A DNA stretch of 64,000 nucleotides from Candidatus Gottesmanbacteria bacterium RIFCSPHIGHO2_01_FULL_40_15 (GTDB taxonomy: Bacteria; Patescibacteriota; Microgenomatia; 2-02-FULL-39-11), in assembly GCA_001779115.1 (NCBI GenBank), contig MFJF01000019.1, positions 12,733 through 76,732 of the forward strand, written 5' to 3'. Numbering within the stretch: position 1 is the stretch's first letter; each line of letters begins with the position of its first letter. This document shows, one piece after another, positions 1 through 9,985 of this stretch. The translations under genes and the position numbers were made by a program. Under the pieces are notes generated by a model that saw nothing but the letters and a program-made list of their open reading frames with translations, had not been told where the DNA came from and did not search any database.

Positions 1-74
1 CAACCAGATCGTGAAAATGTGAACCAGTAATGATAATGATCGTATTTCTCACATGACGGTTGGATAGTATTCAT
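1..74 (-). CDS. Possible 5' fragment of a CDS running off the window edge (MNTIQPSCEKYDHYHYWFTFSRSG...)
   Basis: ATG at 74-72 on the - strand, open to position 1, downstream of the co-oriented ATPase gene; too short to identify. Confidence 0.3.
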   Translation of the reverse strand, partial: MNTIQPSCEKYDHYHYWFTFSRSG

Positions 75-126
75 ATAATAACCCTCAAAAACCCGCGGAG
101 ACATTGAATAAATGTAAATGGAAAAA

Positions 127-2313
127 TTATCCGGTTTTAGTCTTTTTGGTGTATCTTTCCTTTGACAGGCGGAGGACTTTGTCCCGGTTTTGGTTGACTG
201 ATTTGGGCAAAGGCAAAGTGACGGCATGGAAAGGAATTGAAGTGAGGTTGTCGATAGCCAGTTTGATGATTATCTGGAAACTGCCCAGGTTGACCAGGTC
301 TTCTTCTTTATACCACTGGCCGTATTCGCGGGCCAGAAGTTGGGCGTCCTGGGCACCGGTAATAAAAGATATTAATGTTCCGGCATTGCCGAATATGGCT
401 TTTTGCACCTCTTCATCGACTTGGCCGATATACTGGTTGGCCAGAGCAATATTCAGGCGGTACTTTCGGGCTTCAGACAAAATTTTTATAAATGATGTTG
501 TGGCGAAATTCTGAAACTCGTCCACATATAAATAAAAATCTCGTCTTTTTATTTCGGGAATGTTGACCCGGTTCATGGCCGCCAATTGGATCCTTGTTAT
601 AAACATGGCGCCCAAAAGAGCGGCATTGTCTTCCCCTAATTTTCCCTGGGATAGATTAAGGATAAGGATTTTACCCTGATCCATGATATCCTCAAGATCA
701 ATCGTTGAGTGCGGATGTTCCAGAATTTGCCTGATGGTTGGCGACATAACGAACTGGCCGACTTTATTCTGAATCGGGGAGATTGCTTCGCTTTTCAGTC
801 TGGGATGCATTTTTTCATATTCATTCCTCCAGAAATTCTGAAGAATTTTATCCTTAACTTTGATAAGGACTTTCTGCCTGAAATTCTGATCGGATAAGAG
901 ATCGGGAACCATGACCAGAGTTGAATCGGGATATTCAAGAAGAGTCAGAATGACGTTTCTTAAGATGTATTCAAGCCGGGGACCCCAGGAATAGCTGTAG
1001 AGTTTTGAAAAAATGGAGACAATTCCTGAAGCAATCAGTTCTTTATGAACGGGATTTTTGACTTCCAGCGGATTCATCCAGAATGGGTTTATCTGGTCAA
1101 AAGGTTCAAGATAAACGATATCATTCAGTCTGAAAGAGGGGATAAAGTCAAGAAGAGTTTCCGATAAGTCACCATGAGGGTCAATTACGGCAACGCCTTC
1201 CCGATTTCTCATGTCATTTATGGCCATATTGGCAATAAGTGTTGATTTTCCGGTACCGGTTTTACCGATGATGTAGACATGTTTCCGGCGGTCATCCCTT
1301 TTAATTCCGAAAGTCGTCAATTGATTTTTGAACTCAGCTTTGGCAAAAAAGTTTACCTCCTTTTTCTCATCTTCTTGAAGATCGGCGGCCACGGGAAGAT
1401 TGGGCGGCGGTTCTCCCAGAAGGGACCTGCCCCAGGAAATATTTTTAATGCCCGATAATACTTTTCCGGGCGGATGCCAGATAGTAGACAGTTCTTCGGT
1501 ATTTAATATCTGGTGTCTGGGAAAATGGTTTTTTTCCCTTTTGACGAGACGGTCAAAGGCAATTTTTTTGGAATACCAGCGGGGTCTTCGCAGTATAAAG
1601 CGGTTGCCCTCACCAAGCGCAAATGCGCCGAAGGCGCCGGCCAGATTGGTCAGCTGGCTTAAGGCAGCCTGATTGGTATGAGCACCGATCATCAGTCTTA
1701 TATAAGTTCTGTATCCGGTATGATTAATTTTTTCTTCAATAAGTCTTGCCAAAGGAAATGGTCTGGTTTTTTCCGGTGCCCGGGAAGTAGGATCAGGAAT
1801 GCCTTTTAGAACCATACGGGTAACCATGGACTGCCAATTGAACTGGGGAGGTTCAATTATGATCTGAAACAGGCCTTTTTCGTCTTTTGAGAATTTTGAC
1901 ATGACACCGATTATAGATGAGAGAGGATCAAGATCGCGGAAGTCTTTATATGTTTTAATCGGATAATAAAAATAATTGGCCAGTTGGAGATTACCGATTG
2001 CCAAAAAAGGACTTTTTATTATATGATCGAGGTAGTCCGGAACAGAGGTTATCAGAATTTTGGGATACTGGCTGGTTAACTGGCTTTCAAGGTATACACG
2101 GAAGGAATCCGGGACAACACTATAAAAGCGGATTTGCTGGTTGTAAGAGGCTATTTCAAAAGAGAGTGTTCTTACTTTAATCCACAACCGGCGAAAGTAG
2201 GAAATGTGGCCTCCGGCAAATAACGAGGAGAAGACCTGCGACATCATTTCGGGAGTTTCCTCACCGGTTTTTGCAGATTGTATTTCCAGAACTACTTTTT
2301 TTTCACTGGCCAT
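127..2313 (-). CDS. VirD4/TraG/HerA-like P-loop ATPase (type IV coupling-protein-like), CPR type with long N-terminal domain
   Basis: 728 aa; Walker A HVYIIGKTGTGKST, IDPHGD, Walker B LYVDEFQNF, ILSEARKY and LANQY motifs. Confidence 0.85.
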   Translation of the reverse strand: MASEKKVVLEIQSAKTGEETPEMMSQVFSSLFAGGHISYFRRLWIKVRTLSFEIASYNQQIRFYSVVPDSFRVYLESQLTSQYPKILITSVPDYLDHIIKSPFLAIGNLQLANYFYYPIKTYKDFRDLDPLSSIIGVMSKFSKDEKGLFQIIIEPPQFNWQSMVTRMVLKGIPDPTSRAPEKTRPFPLARLIEEKINHTGYRTYIRLMIGAHTNQAALSQLTNLAGAFGAFALGEGNRFILRRPRWYSKKIAFDRLVKREKNHFPRHQILNTEELSTIWHPPGKVLSGIKNISWGRSLLGEPPPNLPVAADLQEDEKKEVNFFAKAEFKNQLTTFGIKRDDRRKHVYIIGKTGTGKSTLIANMAINDMRNREGVAVIDPHGDLSETLLDFIPSFRLNDIVYLEPFDQINPFWMNPLEVKNPVHKELIASGIVSIFSKLYSYSWGPRLEYILRNVILTLLEYPDSTLVMVPDLLSDQNFRQKVLIKVKDKILQNFWRNEYEKMHPRLKSEAISPIQNKVGQFVMSPTIRQILEHPHSTIDLEDIMDQGKILILNLSQGKLGEDNAALLGAMFITRIQLAAMNRVNIPEIKRRDFYLYVDEFQNFATTSFIKILSEARKYRLNIALANQYIGQVDEEVQKAIFGNAGTLISFITGAQDAQLLAREYGQWYKEEDLVNLGSFQIIIKLAIDNLTSIPFHAVTLPLPKSVNQNRDKVLRLSKERYTKKTKTG

Positions 2314-2440
2314 TTGAGGTTAAGTATAAATTATTACTTTATAAAGGGAAAGGAGCCCAAGTTTTTGGATTCTTACCTCTTTTTAGCATAATCAATCCAT
2401 TTTATTTATTTATAATCCTTATAATTTAGGATCTCCGAAT

Positions 2441-2695
2441 ATGAGTTTTTATGAGCAAATCAGGTATTCTCATTCAGATGAAGGACCGGCGGGGGAAGGG
2501 AAAGAACCGGAATTTCGCTCTGTTATCGCCTATTATCGTTGTCCAACAAGTACTTATATGCATCCCGGAGGACATACCTTATCGCCGGTTATGCAGGTAG
2601 AAGCAGATCAAGATCCTCCAAAAACTTATAATTGTATTATACATAAAACCCATGCTTTCAGGTTTGACATAAAAGAAATACCAAGTACAAAATAA
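2441..2695 (+). CDS. Small hypothetical protein, possibly metal-binding (C-x6-H ... C-x2-H)
   Basis: 84-aa ORF filling the gap; TATAAT boxes upstream; no family recognised. Confidence 0.55.
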   Translation: MSFYEQIRYSHSDEGPAGEGKEPEFRSVIAYYRCPTSTYMHPGGHTLSPVMQVEADQDPPKTYNCIIHKTHAFRFDIKEIPSTK

Positions 2696-2721
2696 GTCAG
2701 ATATTTTTTAACCCCGGTATA

Positions 2722-2750
2722 TTGCTAACATTCTTTTTTCCTGATATTGT
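2722..2750 (+). promoter_or_regulatory. Sigma70-type promoter of frr, probably giving a leaderless transcript
   Basis: TTGCTA (2722-2727), 17-nt spacer, TATTGT (2745-2750), then 6 nt to ATG 2757; no SD. Confidence 0.5.
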
Positions 2751-2756
2751 TAAACT

Positions 2757-3323
2757 ATGGCGGAAGATCCTTTGATCTTGGATGTAAAAAGCAGGATGCA
2801 GAAGGCAGTGGCTGTTCTGATTGAAGATTTGGGAACGATAAGAACCGGCAGGGCGACTCCGGCTTTGATTGAAAATACGGTTATTTCCTCATACGGAGGA
2901 ACACAGAATCTGAAACTTCAGGAGTTGGCAACCATTACGACAGAAGGAGTCCGGTCCCTGATTATAGCTCCTTTTGACCAGACAGTAATCGGGGATATAG
3001 AGAAAGGAATAAACAGTGCCAATTTGGGTTTTACCGCATCGGTTGACGGAAGCATTATTAGAATAAATATTCCTCCTTTGACTTCGGAGCGAAGGGATGA
3101 ATTTATCAAACTGGCCAATACTAAAATAGAAGGCGGCCGGATTATGGTAAGACAAGTCAGGCATGATGTTATGGCATCTTTAAAAAGAAGTTTTGAGGCA
3201 AAAGAAATATCGGAAGACGACAGAAAAAGGCTAGAGAAAGAGATTCAAAATATCACCGATGAAATGATGGCAGAGTTAGAAATATTGCGCCATAAAAAAG
3301 AAGAAGAACTGAATCAGGTATAA
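2757..3323 (+). CDS. frr: Ribosome recycling factor
   Basis: IRTGRATPAL, YGG, IPPLTSERR, VRQVRHD, ISEDD motifs. Confidence 0.97.
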   Translation: MAEDPLILDVKSRMQKAVAVLIEDLGTIRTGRATPALIENTVISSYGGTQNLKLQELATITTEGVRSLIIAPFDQTVIGDIEKGINSANLGFTASVDGSIIRINIPPLTSERRDEFIKLANTKIEGGRIMVRQVRHDVMASLKRSFEAKEISEDDRKRLEKEIQNITDEMMAELEILRHKKEEELNQV

Positions 3324-3329
3324 CTTTTG

Positions 3330-5003
3330 TTATTGCCCATTTTCCCTTAACAATCTGATTTCCCGCTCAATTATTTTTTTCAAAATCACTTGGCTGATGG
3401 AATAAGTCGGTTCAACACCTTCATAAGAAAGAGTGCGGACTCCCAGATTTTTAGCTTTAGAATAGGGAGTGTCAGAAGCATAGTGGGCGATACCCAATTC
3501 AAAAGGAGTAGTTGTCAGGTTAATAAACTCATTTTCTTCATAGCGGTTATAATAAATAAACTCATAAATAGCATTAAGATATGGGCCGGCTTCCATTTCT
3601 ATATCGGTGAATCCGTCGCGAAACCAGTTTTTCAGCATTGTTTTTGATTCCAGGAAGGTTCCTTTAGTAGTGATTGTTTTCTGATTTTCCAGAACCAGTC
3701 CGTTTTTAAAAATTTTTTTAAAATCACCAAGTGAAAAACAATTGATAATGCCGTACGTATTTTTTGTATGTTCGTCATAAACAGTATTCGGCAGAAGAAT
3801 ATCGCCGATTTGACCGTTTAAAGCAGCAGCTTTACCCATGATATATATACCTAGGACCTGGCCGGCATTTTGCCCGATTTCAGTTAAAACCTGATAAGCT
3901 GCCCATCCCAGCGGGTAGTCGATATTTACAATTAGAGAATGACTTTTTTTCAATTCCGATAAATCCGTATTCAGAAGTTTTCCCAGGTTTGATCCGGGAA
4001 GTTGGGAAAGGGGTATTATTTGGGCATCGATATCCAAATTATGTTTAGCCTGAACGCGGTAGATACCCAACTTTTTTTCCAGTTTAAGCTTTCTGTCCTT
4101 AAGGGCTTTATTTTCCCTAAGTGCTTTTTTAGACAGATAATTAAGGAAATATTCCCTGGCAGGGTGAATGTTATCCTTATTGAGATTTTCCCAGGTTTTT
4201 ATCAATTGATCATCCTGGTTTTTATAAAGGTAATCAATCAGATTTTTTTCTTCATCAAGTGAAAATCGGGTTATCAGATTGATCAGAGAATGTGTATTGG
4301 AAGAAACGAAATATATCGGCATGTCAAGAAAATTTATTCCCGAAATGGATTTTTCAATATGATCCCACCAGTATTGGGTAGCTCTGGCATATTCCATGTA
4401 TGATCCGGAGAGAAGATGAATGTTAAAATCGACCCGCCTGAATTTAATGGCGGTCAGGAATTTGTGATAATCGTCGGTCCAGATTTTTTGAAATCTGACA
4501 ATATCATCTTTTTCAAGAAGAGATTCGAAAGTTTTGACAACATTTTCAGCCGACCTTAATAAATGATGCAGTTTATTCCATTCAATCTGAAAGGCAGTTG
4601 TTAGTGAAATCAGATCGTCAACATCAGTAACGGAAGCAATATAAACAGCTAAAGTATCCTTACCGTTAAAATACATTTTTCTGCGGCGGCCTTCAGCTTC
4701 GACTTCCTGCCAGCTTTCGATTTTGCTGAATCGGTTATTTTTAAAAACCCGGATGGATTGCCCGAGAATAATTTTTTTAACCATGGACATGCAATTGGGC
4801 AAACGGAGAAGAGAATAAATAAAAGAAGCGGTGTCTATTTTCCCGGCGGAAGCTTTCTCATGAAGAACGGAATTCATATTCTTGTGGGAATCTTCCAGGT
4901 TTCTTACTCGGACAAACCCGGCTGATTTCAAAAGCGACCGGTATGTGCGGATATGGATTTCAACCGGGTCAATGGCAATGTTAAAATTATTACTGTTGTT
5001 CAT
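3330..5003 (-). CDS. Conserved hypothetical protein (DUF6909-like) with C-terminal nucleoside phosphorylase/AMP nucleosidase-like fold
   Basis: 557 aa; IYIMGKAAALNGQIGDILLP, IEMEAGPY and HYASDTP resemble PNP/UDP-family motifs. Confidence 0.65.
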   Translation of the reverse strand: MNNSNNFNIAIDPVEIHIRTYRSLLKSAGFVRVRNLEDSHKNMNSVLHEKASAGKIDTASFIYSLLRLPNCMSMVKKIILGQSIRVFKNNRFSKIESWQEVEAEGRRRKMYFNGKDTLAVYIASVTDVDDLISLTTAFQIEWNKLHHLLRSAENVVKTFESLLEKDDIVRFQKIWTDDYHKFLTAIKFRRVDFNIHLLSGSYMEYARATQYWWDHIEKSISGINFLDMPIYFVSSNTHSLINLITRFSLDEEKNLIDYLYKNQDDQLIKTWENLNKDNIHPAREYFLNYLSKKALRENKALKDRKLKLEKKLGIYRVQAKHNLDIDAQIIPLSQLPGSNLGKLLNTDLSELKKSHSLIVNIDYPLGWAAYQVLTEIGQNAGQVLGIYIMGKAAALNGQIGDILLPNTVYDEHTKNTYGIINCFSLGDFKKIFKNGLVLENQKTITTKGTFLESKTMLKNWFRDGFTDIEMEAGPYLNAIYEFIYYNRYEENEFINLTTTPFELGIAHYASDTPYSKAKNLGVRTLSYEGVEPTYSISQVILKKIIEREIRLLRENGQ

Positions 5004-5144
5004 CTAGATTTATTATTTCCAAGTATTATACTAAAGCAGTTGACTTTGTAGAAGAATTCATTTTAAGAGAAGAAATTGCATTGCACAATTTTCTGTATTA
5101 ATATTTAAGATAATCAAATTTCCTCTTAAGATTAAACTTTTCTT

Positions 5145-6239
5145 ATGATTTTAACGGTATTTGTTTTTTTTCTTATATTATCCGTTCTGGTTTTGGTTCA
5201 CGAATTGGGCCATTTTTTGGCCGCTAAAAAATTCAATATATATGTTGAGGAATTCGGTTTCGGCTTGCCTCCCCGTTTTATGGGTATAAAAAAAGGAGAA
5301 ACCGTTTATTCCATTAATTATTTACCTTTTGGCGGTTTTGTCAAACTTTACGGTGAAGAAGGAGAGCAAGAGACTGCAGGAAAGAAAATTGCCAAAAACA
5401 GAGCTTTTTACGCAAGACCGGTATGGCAAAGAGTAATTGTAATTGCCGCCGGAGTATTCATGAATTTTTTACTGGCAATAGCGATTATTTCCTATATATT
5501 TACCCAAGGAGTACTTGTTCCGACTGAAAAAGTGCATATAGAAAAAGTATTGACGGGAGCTCCGGCTGATGAGGCGGGGCTTAAAGAGGGAGATATAATC
5601 AGAAAGTTTATTATCGACAGCGAGAAGGGAGCAAACCCTGAAGAAATAAAAATAACATCGACTGAAAAGTTGATTGAAACTACAAAGAAATATTCCGGGA
5701 AAGAAATTACCCTGGAAATTATGCGTGAATCCAGGATTTTACAGGTTGATATTACTCCAAGAACAGAATTTCCACAAGACCAGGGACCGATGGGTGTATT
5801 AGTTTCCAATTTTGAAGAAAAGAAATATTCCTTAATTGAAGCTCCCGTTATCGGTCTAAAAGAATCATTAGTGTTGTCTTGGGAACTTTTGAAAGGGATC
5901 GGGACGACGCTACAGAAACTGGTGACATTCCAATCGGTATCCAAAGATGTAGCCGGACCGATAGGCATTGCCCAGATGACGGGAGAAGCCATAAAATTCG
6001 GAAGGAATGCCGTTTTGGAAATGCTGGGACTTTTGTCACTCAATTTGGCCATCATCAATATTCTGCCTTTTCCGGCTCTTGACGGCGGTAGATTATTATT
6101 CGTGGTTATCGAAGGAATAACCGGAAGAAGAATCAAGACAAATCTGGAGCGGTACGTTCATCAGATAGGCATGGCAATATTGCTGTTTTTGATCATTCTG
6201 GTTACCATTAACGATCTTATCAGAATTTTTTCCCGGTAA
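5145..6239 (+). CDS. rseP: RseP-like M50 intramembrane zinc metalloprotease with PDZ domain
   Basis: HELGH and NILPFPALDGG motifs, PDZ segment (GAPADEAGLKEGD), TM helices. Confidence 0.93.
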   Translation: MILTVFVFFLILSVLVLVHELGHFLAAKKFNIYVEEFGFGLPPRFMGIKKGETVYSINYLPFGGFVKLYGEEGEQETAGKKIAKNRAFYARPVWQRVIVIAAGVFMNFLLAIAIISYIFTQGVLVPTEKVHIEKVLTGAPADEAGLKEGDIIRKFIIDSEKGANPEEIKITSTEKLIETTKKYSGKEITLEIMRESRILQVDITPRTEFPQDQGPMGVLVSNFEEKKYSLIEAPVIGLKESLVLSWELLKGIGTTLQKLVTFQSVSKDVAGPIGIAQMTGEAIKFGRNAVLEMLGLLSLNLAIINILPFPALDGGRLLFVVIEGITGRRIKTNLERYVHQIGMAILLFLIILVTINDLIRIFSR

Positions 6240-6266
6240 AACCCATGACGATCCCGGATCGTTTAA

Positions 6267-7709
6267 ATGATGCAGAAGTTTGAAAAAAAGGATCTTAAAA
6301 AAAAATCGGTTAATCTTTCAGAATGGTATACAGATATCATACTTAAGGCGGAACTGGCTGATTATGCTCCTGTTAAAGGTTGTATGGTGATCAGACCATA
6401 CGGATTTGCCGTTTGGGAAAAAATTCAGACTTTCCTTGACGGGCTTATTAAAGAAAAAGGTGTCGGTAATGCCTATTTCCCTTTGCTAATCCCGGAAAAA
6501 TTTCTTAACCTTGAAAAAGAACATATTGAGGGATTTTCACCTCATCTGGCGGTAGTGACAATTGCCGGGGGAGAGAATTTAAAAGAAAAACTGGTAATCA
6601 GGCCGACTTCGGAGACAGTCATGTACCAGATGTACAAACAGTGGTTTCACTCCTGGAGGGACCTGCCGGTTCTTATCAACCAGTGGAATAACGTTATCCG
6701 CTGGGAAAAAAGGACCTATCTTTTTCTAAGGACTTCGGAATTTCTCTGGCAGGAAGGCCATTGTGCCCATCTTACCGAGGGTGAAAACCGGGAGATGGTT
6801 TTATGGGGGATTAAAGCATACGAAAAAACATATGCTGAACTTTTAGCAATGTACGGTTTGATAGGAATAAAAAGTCAAACTGAAAAATTCGCCGGAGCCA
6901 AAGAAACATATTCCATTGAATTGTTGATGCCGGACGGGAAAGCCCTTCAGGGGGGGACTTCTCATGATTTAGGCCAGAATTTTTCCAAAGCTTTTGATTG
7001 GACAGTTCTTAACAAGGAAGGTAAAAAAATACATCCCTGGCAGAACAGTTGGGGTTTTACTACCAGGTCTATCGGGGGACTTGTCATGGTAAACGGTGAT
7101 GATAACGGATTAATACTTCCTCCCCGGGTCGCTCCGATTCAGACAGTAATTATTGCCATTTCTTCCGGAGAAAATCAGAAATTGGCAGAATATATTGAAA
7201 AAATTCAGGGGATATTGGAAAAATCCGGCGTCAGAGTTAAGAGTGATAATAATATTACCGCTTCAGTCGGACGCCGTTTTAATGATTGGGAAGTTAAAGG
7301 TGTACCTATCCGTCTGGAAATCGGCCAAAAAGAAATGGAGAAGGAATCAGTGACTTTTGCCCGCAGGGATAATTTTGATAAAGGGACTGTCGGAATTGAT
7401 CAAATAGAGATAAAAATTAAAGCAATTCTTGGAGAAATGCAAAGCCTGGCTTACGAGAATCATAGAAAATTTACACTGGATAATACTTATAAAGCAGATA
7501 GCTACGATCAGTTTAAAAAAATCATGACAGGAAAACGCGGATTAATCAGGGCTTTCTGGTGTGAAGATAAAGAATGTGAGGCTAAAATTAAAGCGGAAAC
7601 CAAAGCCACTACCCGGATTCTGCCGCTTGATGCCAAAAAGGAAAAAGGGAAATGTATTTACTGCACAAAAGCGGCCGTTAACCGCTGGTATTTTGCCCAG
7701 GCATATTAA
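6267..7709 (+). CDS. proS: Proline--tRNA ligase, archaeal/eukaryote-like type
   Basis: RPTSET, FLRTSEFLWQEGH, GTSHDLGQNFS; C-terminal Zn domain ending in FAQAY. Confidence 0.97.
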   Translation: MMQKFEKKDLKKKSVNLSEWYTDIILKAELADYAPVKGCMVIRPYGFAVWEKIQTFLDGLIKEKGVGNAYFPLLIPEKFLNLEKEHIEGFSPHLAVVTIAGGENLKEKLVIRPTSETVMYQMYKQWFHSWRDLPVLINQWNNVIRWEKRTYLFLRTSEFLWQEGHCAHLTEGENREMVLWGIKAYEKTYAELLAMYGLIGIKSQTEKFAGAKETYSIELLMPDGKALQGGTSHDLGQNFSKAFDWTVLNKEGKKIHPWQNSWGFTTRSIGGLVMVNGDDNGLILPPRVAPIQTVIIAISSGENQKLAEYIEKIQGILEKSGVRVKSDNNITASVGRRFNDWEVKGVPIRLEIGQKEMEKESVTFARRDNFDKGTVGIDQIEIKIKAILGEMQSLAYENHRKFTLDNTYKADSYDQFKKIMTGKRGLIRAFWCEDKECEAKIKAETKATTRILPLDAKKEKGKCIYCTKAAVNRWYFAQAY

Positions 7710-7714
7710 TGGTA

Positions 7715-7744
7715 TTGACAATAATTTTCAATTATCTTTATAAT
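7715..7744 (+). promoter_or_regulatory. Consensus sigma70 promoter
   Basis: TTGACA (7715-7720), 18-nt spacer, TATAAT (7739-7744), upstream of ATG 7763. Confidence 0.7.
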
Positions 7745-7762
7745 TTTCTCAAGGCAAGGTAA

Positions 7763-8740
7763 ATGAGAAAATTTATACTGTTTTTTTTCATCTTAGGTTT
7801 AGTAATAGCTTCTCCATTTTTCAAAACTTCATCAGTATATTCAGCTCAGGGCAGTATAAAAGGCATTTTTGACGCCATAAATCAATACCGCAACCGCGAT
7901 GCAACCGGCAGCAGTTTACAGGATATTAAACAGGATTTACAGGACTTGAACCGAGTGAAAAATGAGGTGAATAAGGACATGGCGGCAGCAGAGGGGGAAT
8001 TTTTTGACAAATCGGAGGAAACGGTCGGACAATATCTTGATAAATGGACACAATATCTGGAAAAAGTAAGGGATCAATCTGAAAATTACGGTCAGGATTT
8101 AGCCGCCGGGATTAGGGTTCACGCTGAAGAAGAATTGCTTTACGTAAGCGGAAAAAAAGAGGAACTTACCGGGATAAATGATATCGGTACGCTTAGAAAT
8201 TTCGTCAGGGATTTAAGAGCTCACAGGCAATCCGTTGCAGTTACATGGGGTGAAGTCAGGTCAAGACTAAGGGTACGGCAAATGGAACTTTTGGAAAACC
8301 GGTTAAACAGATTGAAAGCCCTTCTTAACAAATTTGAGGACAAACTTAAAAGTTTTGAGGACAGGGGAATTGACACTGCCAGTGCTCAAAGTATTTTAGC
8401 CGGATTAAAAAATGATCTGGCAACGGCATTTGACAAACTTGACCAGGAAAAAAACAGTACTGAATCAGGAAGAGCTCAAATCAGTGATAATAATCTCCAA
8501 TTGGCCAGGGATATAAATCTGACTGTCAGGCAGATTCTCATGAAATTACGTGAGATTTTCAGATCTTTAAGATCCCAATTGCCTTCCGGTGTACCCGATG
8601 AAGCAACAACCGGCACACAGAGAAAATTGAAACCGACTAGGATTGATAGACCGTCCAGAATGCCAAAACCGACCAGAATACCCATACCGACCAGGTTAAA
8701 CGAGCAGGTTGAAATTGAACCTGAAGTAACAGAGTTATAA
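7763..8740 (+). CDS. Secreted coiled-coil hypothetical protein with C-terminal PTR-rich repeats
   Basis: N-terminal signal peptide; heptad-like helical body; KPTRIDRPSRMPKPTRIPIPTR tail. Confidence 0.8.
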   Translation: MRKFILFFFILGLVIASPFFKTSSVYSAQGSIKGIFDAINQYRNRDATGSSLQDIKQDLQDLNRVKNEVNKDMAAAEGEFFDKSEETVGQYLDKWTQYLEKVRDQSENYGQDLAAGIRVHAEEELLYVSGKKEELTGINDIGTLRNFVRDLRAHRQSVAVTWGEVRSRLRVRQMELLENRLNRLKALLNKFEDKLKSFEDRGIDTASAQSILAGLKNDLATAFDKLDQEKNSTESGRAQISDNNLQLARDINLTVRQILMKLREIFRSLRSQLPSGVPDEATTGTQRKLKPTRIDRPSRMPKPTRIPIPTRLNEQVEIEPEVTEL

Positions 8741-8764
8741 TTTATTGCAGGAAAGTTAAATTTT

Positions 8765-9061
8765 ATGGAAGACCAAAAAATCAGCGGTCATTTTAACATA
8801 TCAACTGATAAAAGCCTGGTTGTGGCAACTTTTTTAGCTGTCATACTTTTCATTGTGCTCTTTACGGTAGTTAATATTGTCAACAGAAACAACGGATATA
8901 CCCAAACGGCCATTGAAGCCACAGTGCCGGTTTCCCTTGAAATTAAGGAGGATTTGAATGAAATGGAAGAGGAACTGTCCGGATTTGAAGCTGAATTTGA
9001 CGAAATGTCAAAATCTAACCTGGAGCCGGAGCTTGATATCGATTTAACTCTTGAGGAGTAA
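8765..9061 (+). CDS. Small single-TM hypothetical protein with acidic tail
   Basis: 98 aa, one hydrophobic helix, co-oriented with the upstream gene. Confidence 0.7.
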   Translation: MEDQKISGHFNISTDKSLVVATFLAVILFIVLFTVVNIVNRNNGYTQTAIEATVPVSLEIKEDLNEMEEELSGFEAEFDEMSKSNLEPELDIDLTLEE

Positions 9062-9124
9062 ATTAAACTTCAATTTTCCCCGAATTAACTTGTATTAATG
9101 TTCATAAGAATTTAAAATAATCAG

Positions 9125-9985
9125 GTGAAAATTATTGTTACCCATTTTGCTCCTGATGTTGATGCCATTACATCAGTATGGCTTTTGAAAAGGTTTTTAC
9201 CGGAATGGAAGGAGGCTGAAGTCAGATTTGTACCGGCCGGAAAAAGTTTTGAAAATCAAATTGTCGACAGTGATCCGGATATTTTGCATGTTGATACCGG
9301 TATGGGACAGTTAGACCATCATCAGACCGATGAAGATACCTGCGCGGCCAAATTAACTCTTGATTTTATATTTAAAAACAAATCCGCGGTAAATAAAAAA
9401 AAGAAAGGTACGGCCGGAAATGATGCTCCTATGGAGAGGCTTGTTGAGGTGGTTAATGATATCGATCATTTCAGGGAAGTATACTTTCCTAATCCCATGT
9501 CCGATTATTATGATTTCGGACTGGTAGCGATATTTGACGGATGGAAGCTGATTTTTTCGGATGAACCCTTAAAAATCGTTGAACTGGGCTTACTGACACT
9601 GGACGGAATTTATAAAAACTTTCAGAACAAAGTCTGGGCGGAAAATGAAATCGATAAAAAAGGCATTGAATTTAAGACCAAATGGGGAAAGGGTATTGCT
9701 TTGGAAACAGTAAATGATGAGGTAATCAGAATTGCCCAGAGAACGGGTTTTACGGTGGCCGTCAGAAAAGATCCGAAGAAAGATTATGTCAGAATAAAAT
9801 CATTGCCCCAATCTGAGGCGGATTTGACGGCATGTTACAATATATTCAGAAAATTGGATAAGGAAGCAACCTGGTTTTTGCACTCCAGCCGGAAAATGAT
9901 TCTTAACGGATCAATTAAAAATCCGGAAAGCAAACCGACGAAGTTAACATTAAGAGAAATTGTAAACGTATTAAAAAATGAATGA
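9125..9985 (+). CDS. DHH-superfamily (MYG1-like) phosphoesterase
   Basis: THFAPDVDAI (H..DxD) and HVDTG...LDHHQ motifs; GTG start 6 nt after TAAAAT. Confidence 0.7.
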   Translation: MKIIVTHFAPDVDAITSVWLLKRFLPEWKEAEVRFVPAGKSFENQIVDSDPDILHVDTGMGQLDHHQTDEDTCAAKLTLDFIFKNKSAVNKKKKGTAGNDAPMERLVEVVNDIDHFREVYFPNPMSDYYDFGLVAIFDGWKLIFSDEPLKIVELGLLTLDGIYKNFQNKVWAENEIDKKGIEFKTKWGKGIALETVNDEVIRIAQRTGFTVAVRKDPKKDYVRIKSLPQSEADLTACYNIFRKLDKEATWFLHSSRKMILNGSIKNPESKPTKLTLREIVNVLKNE

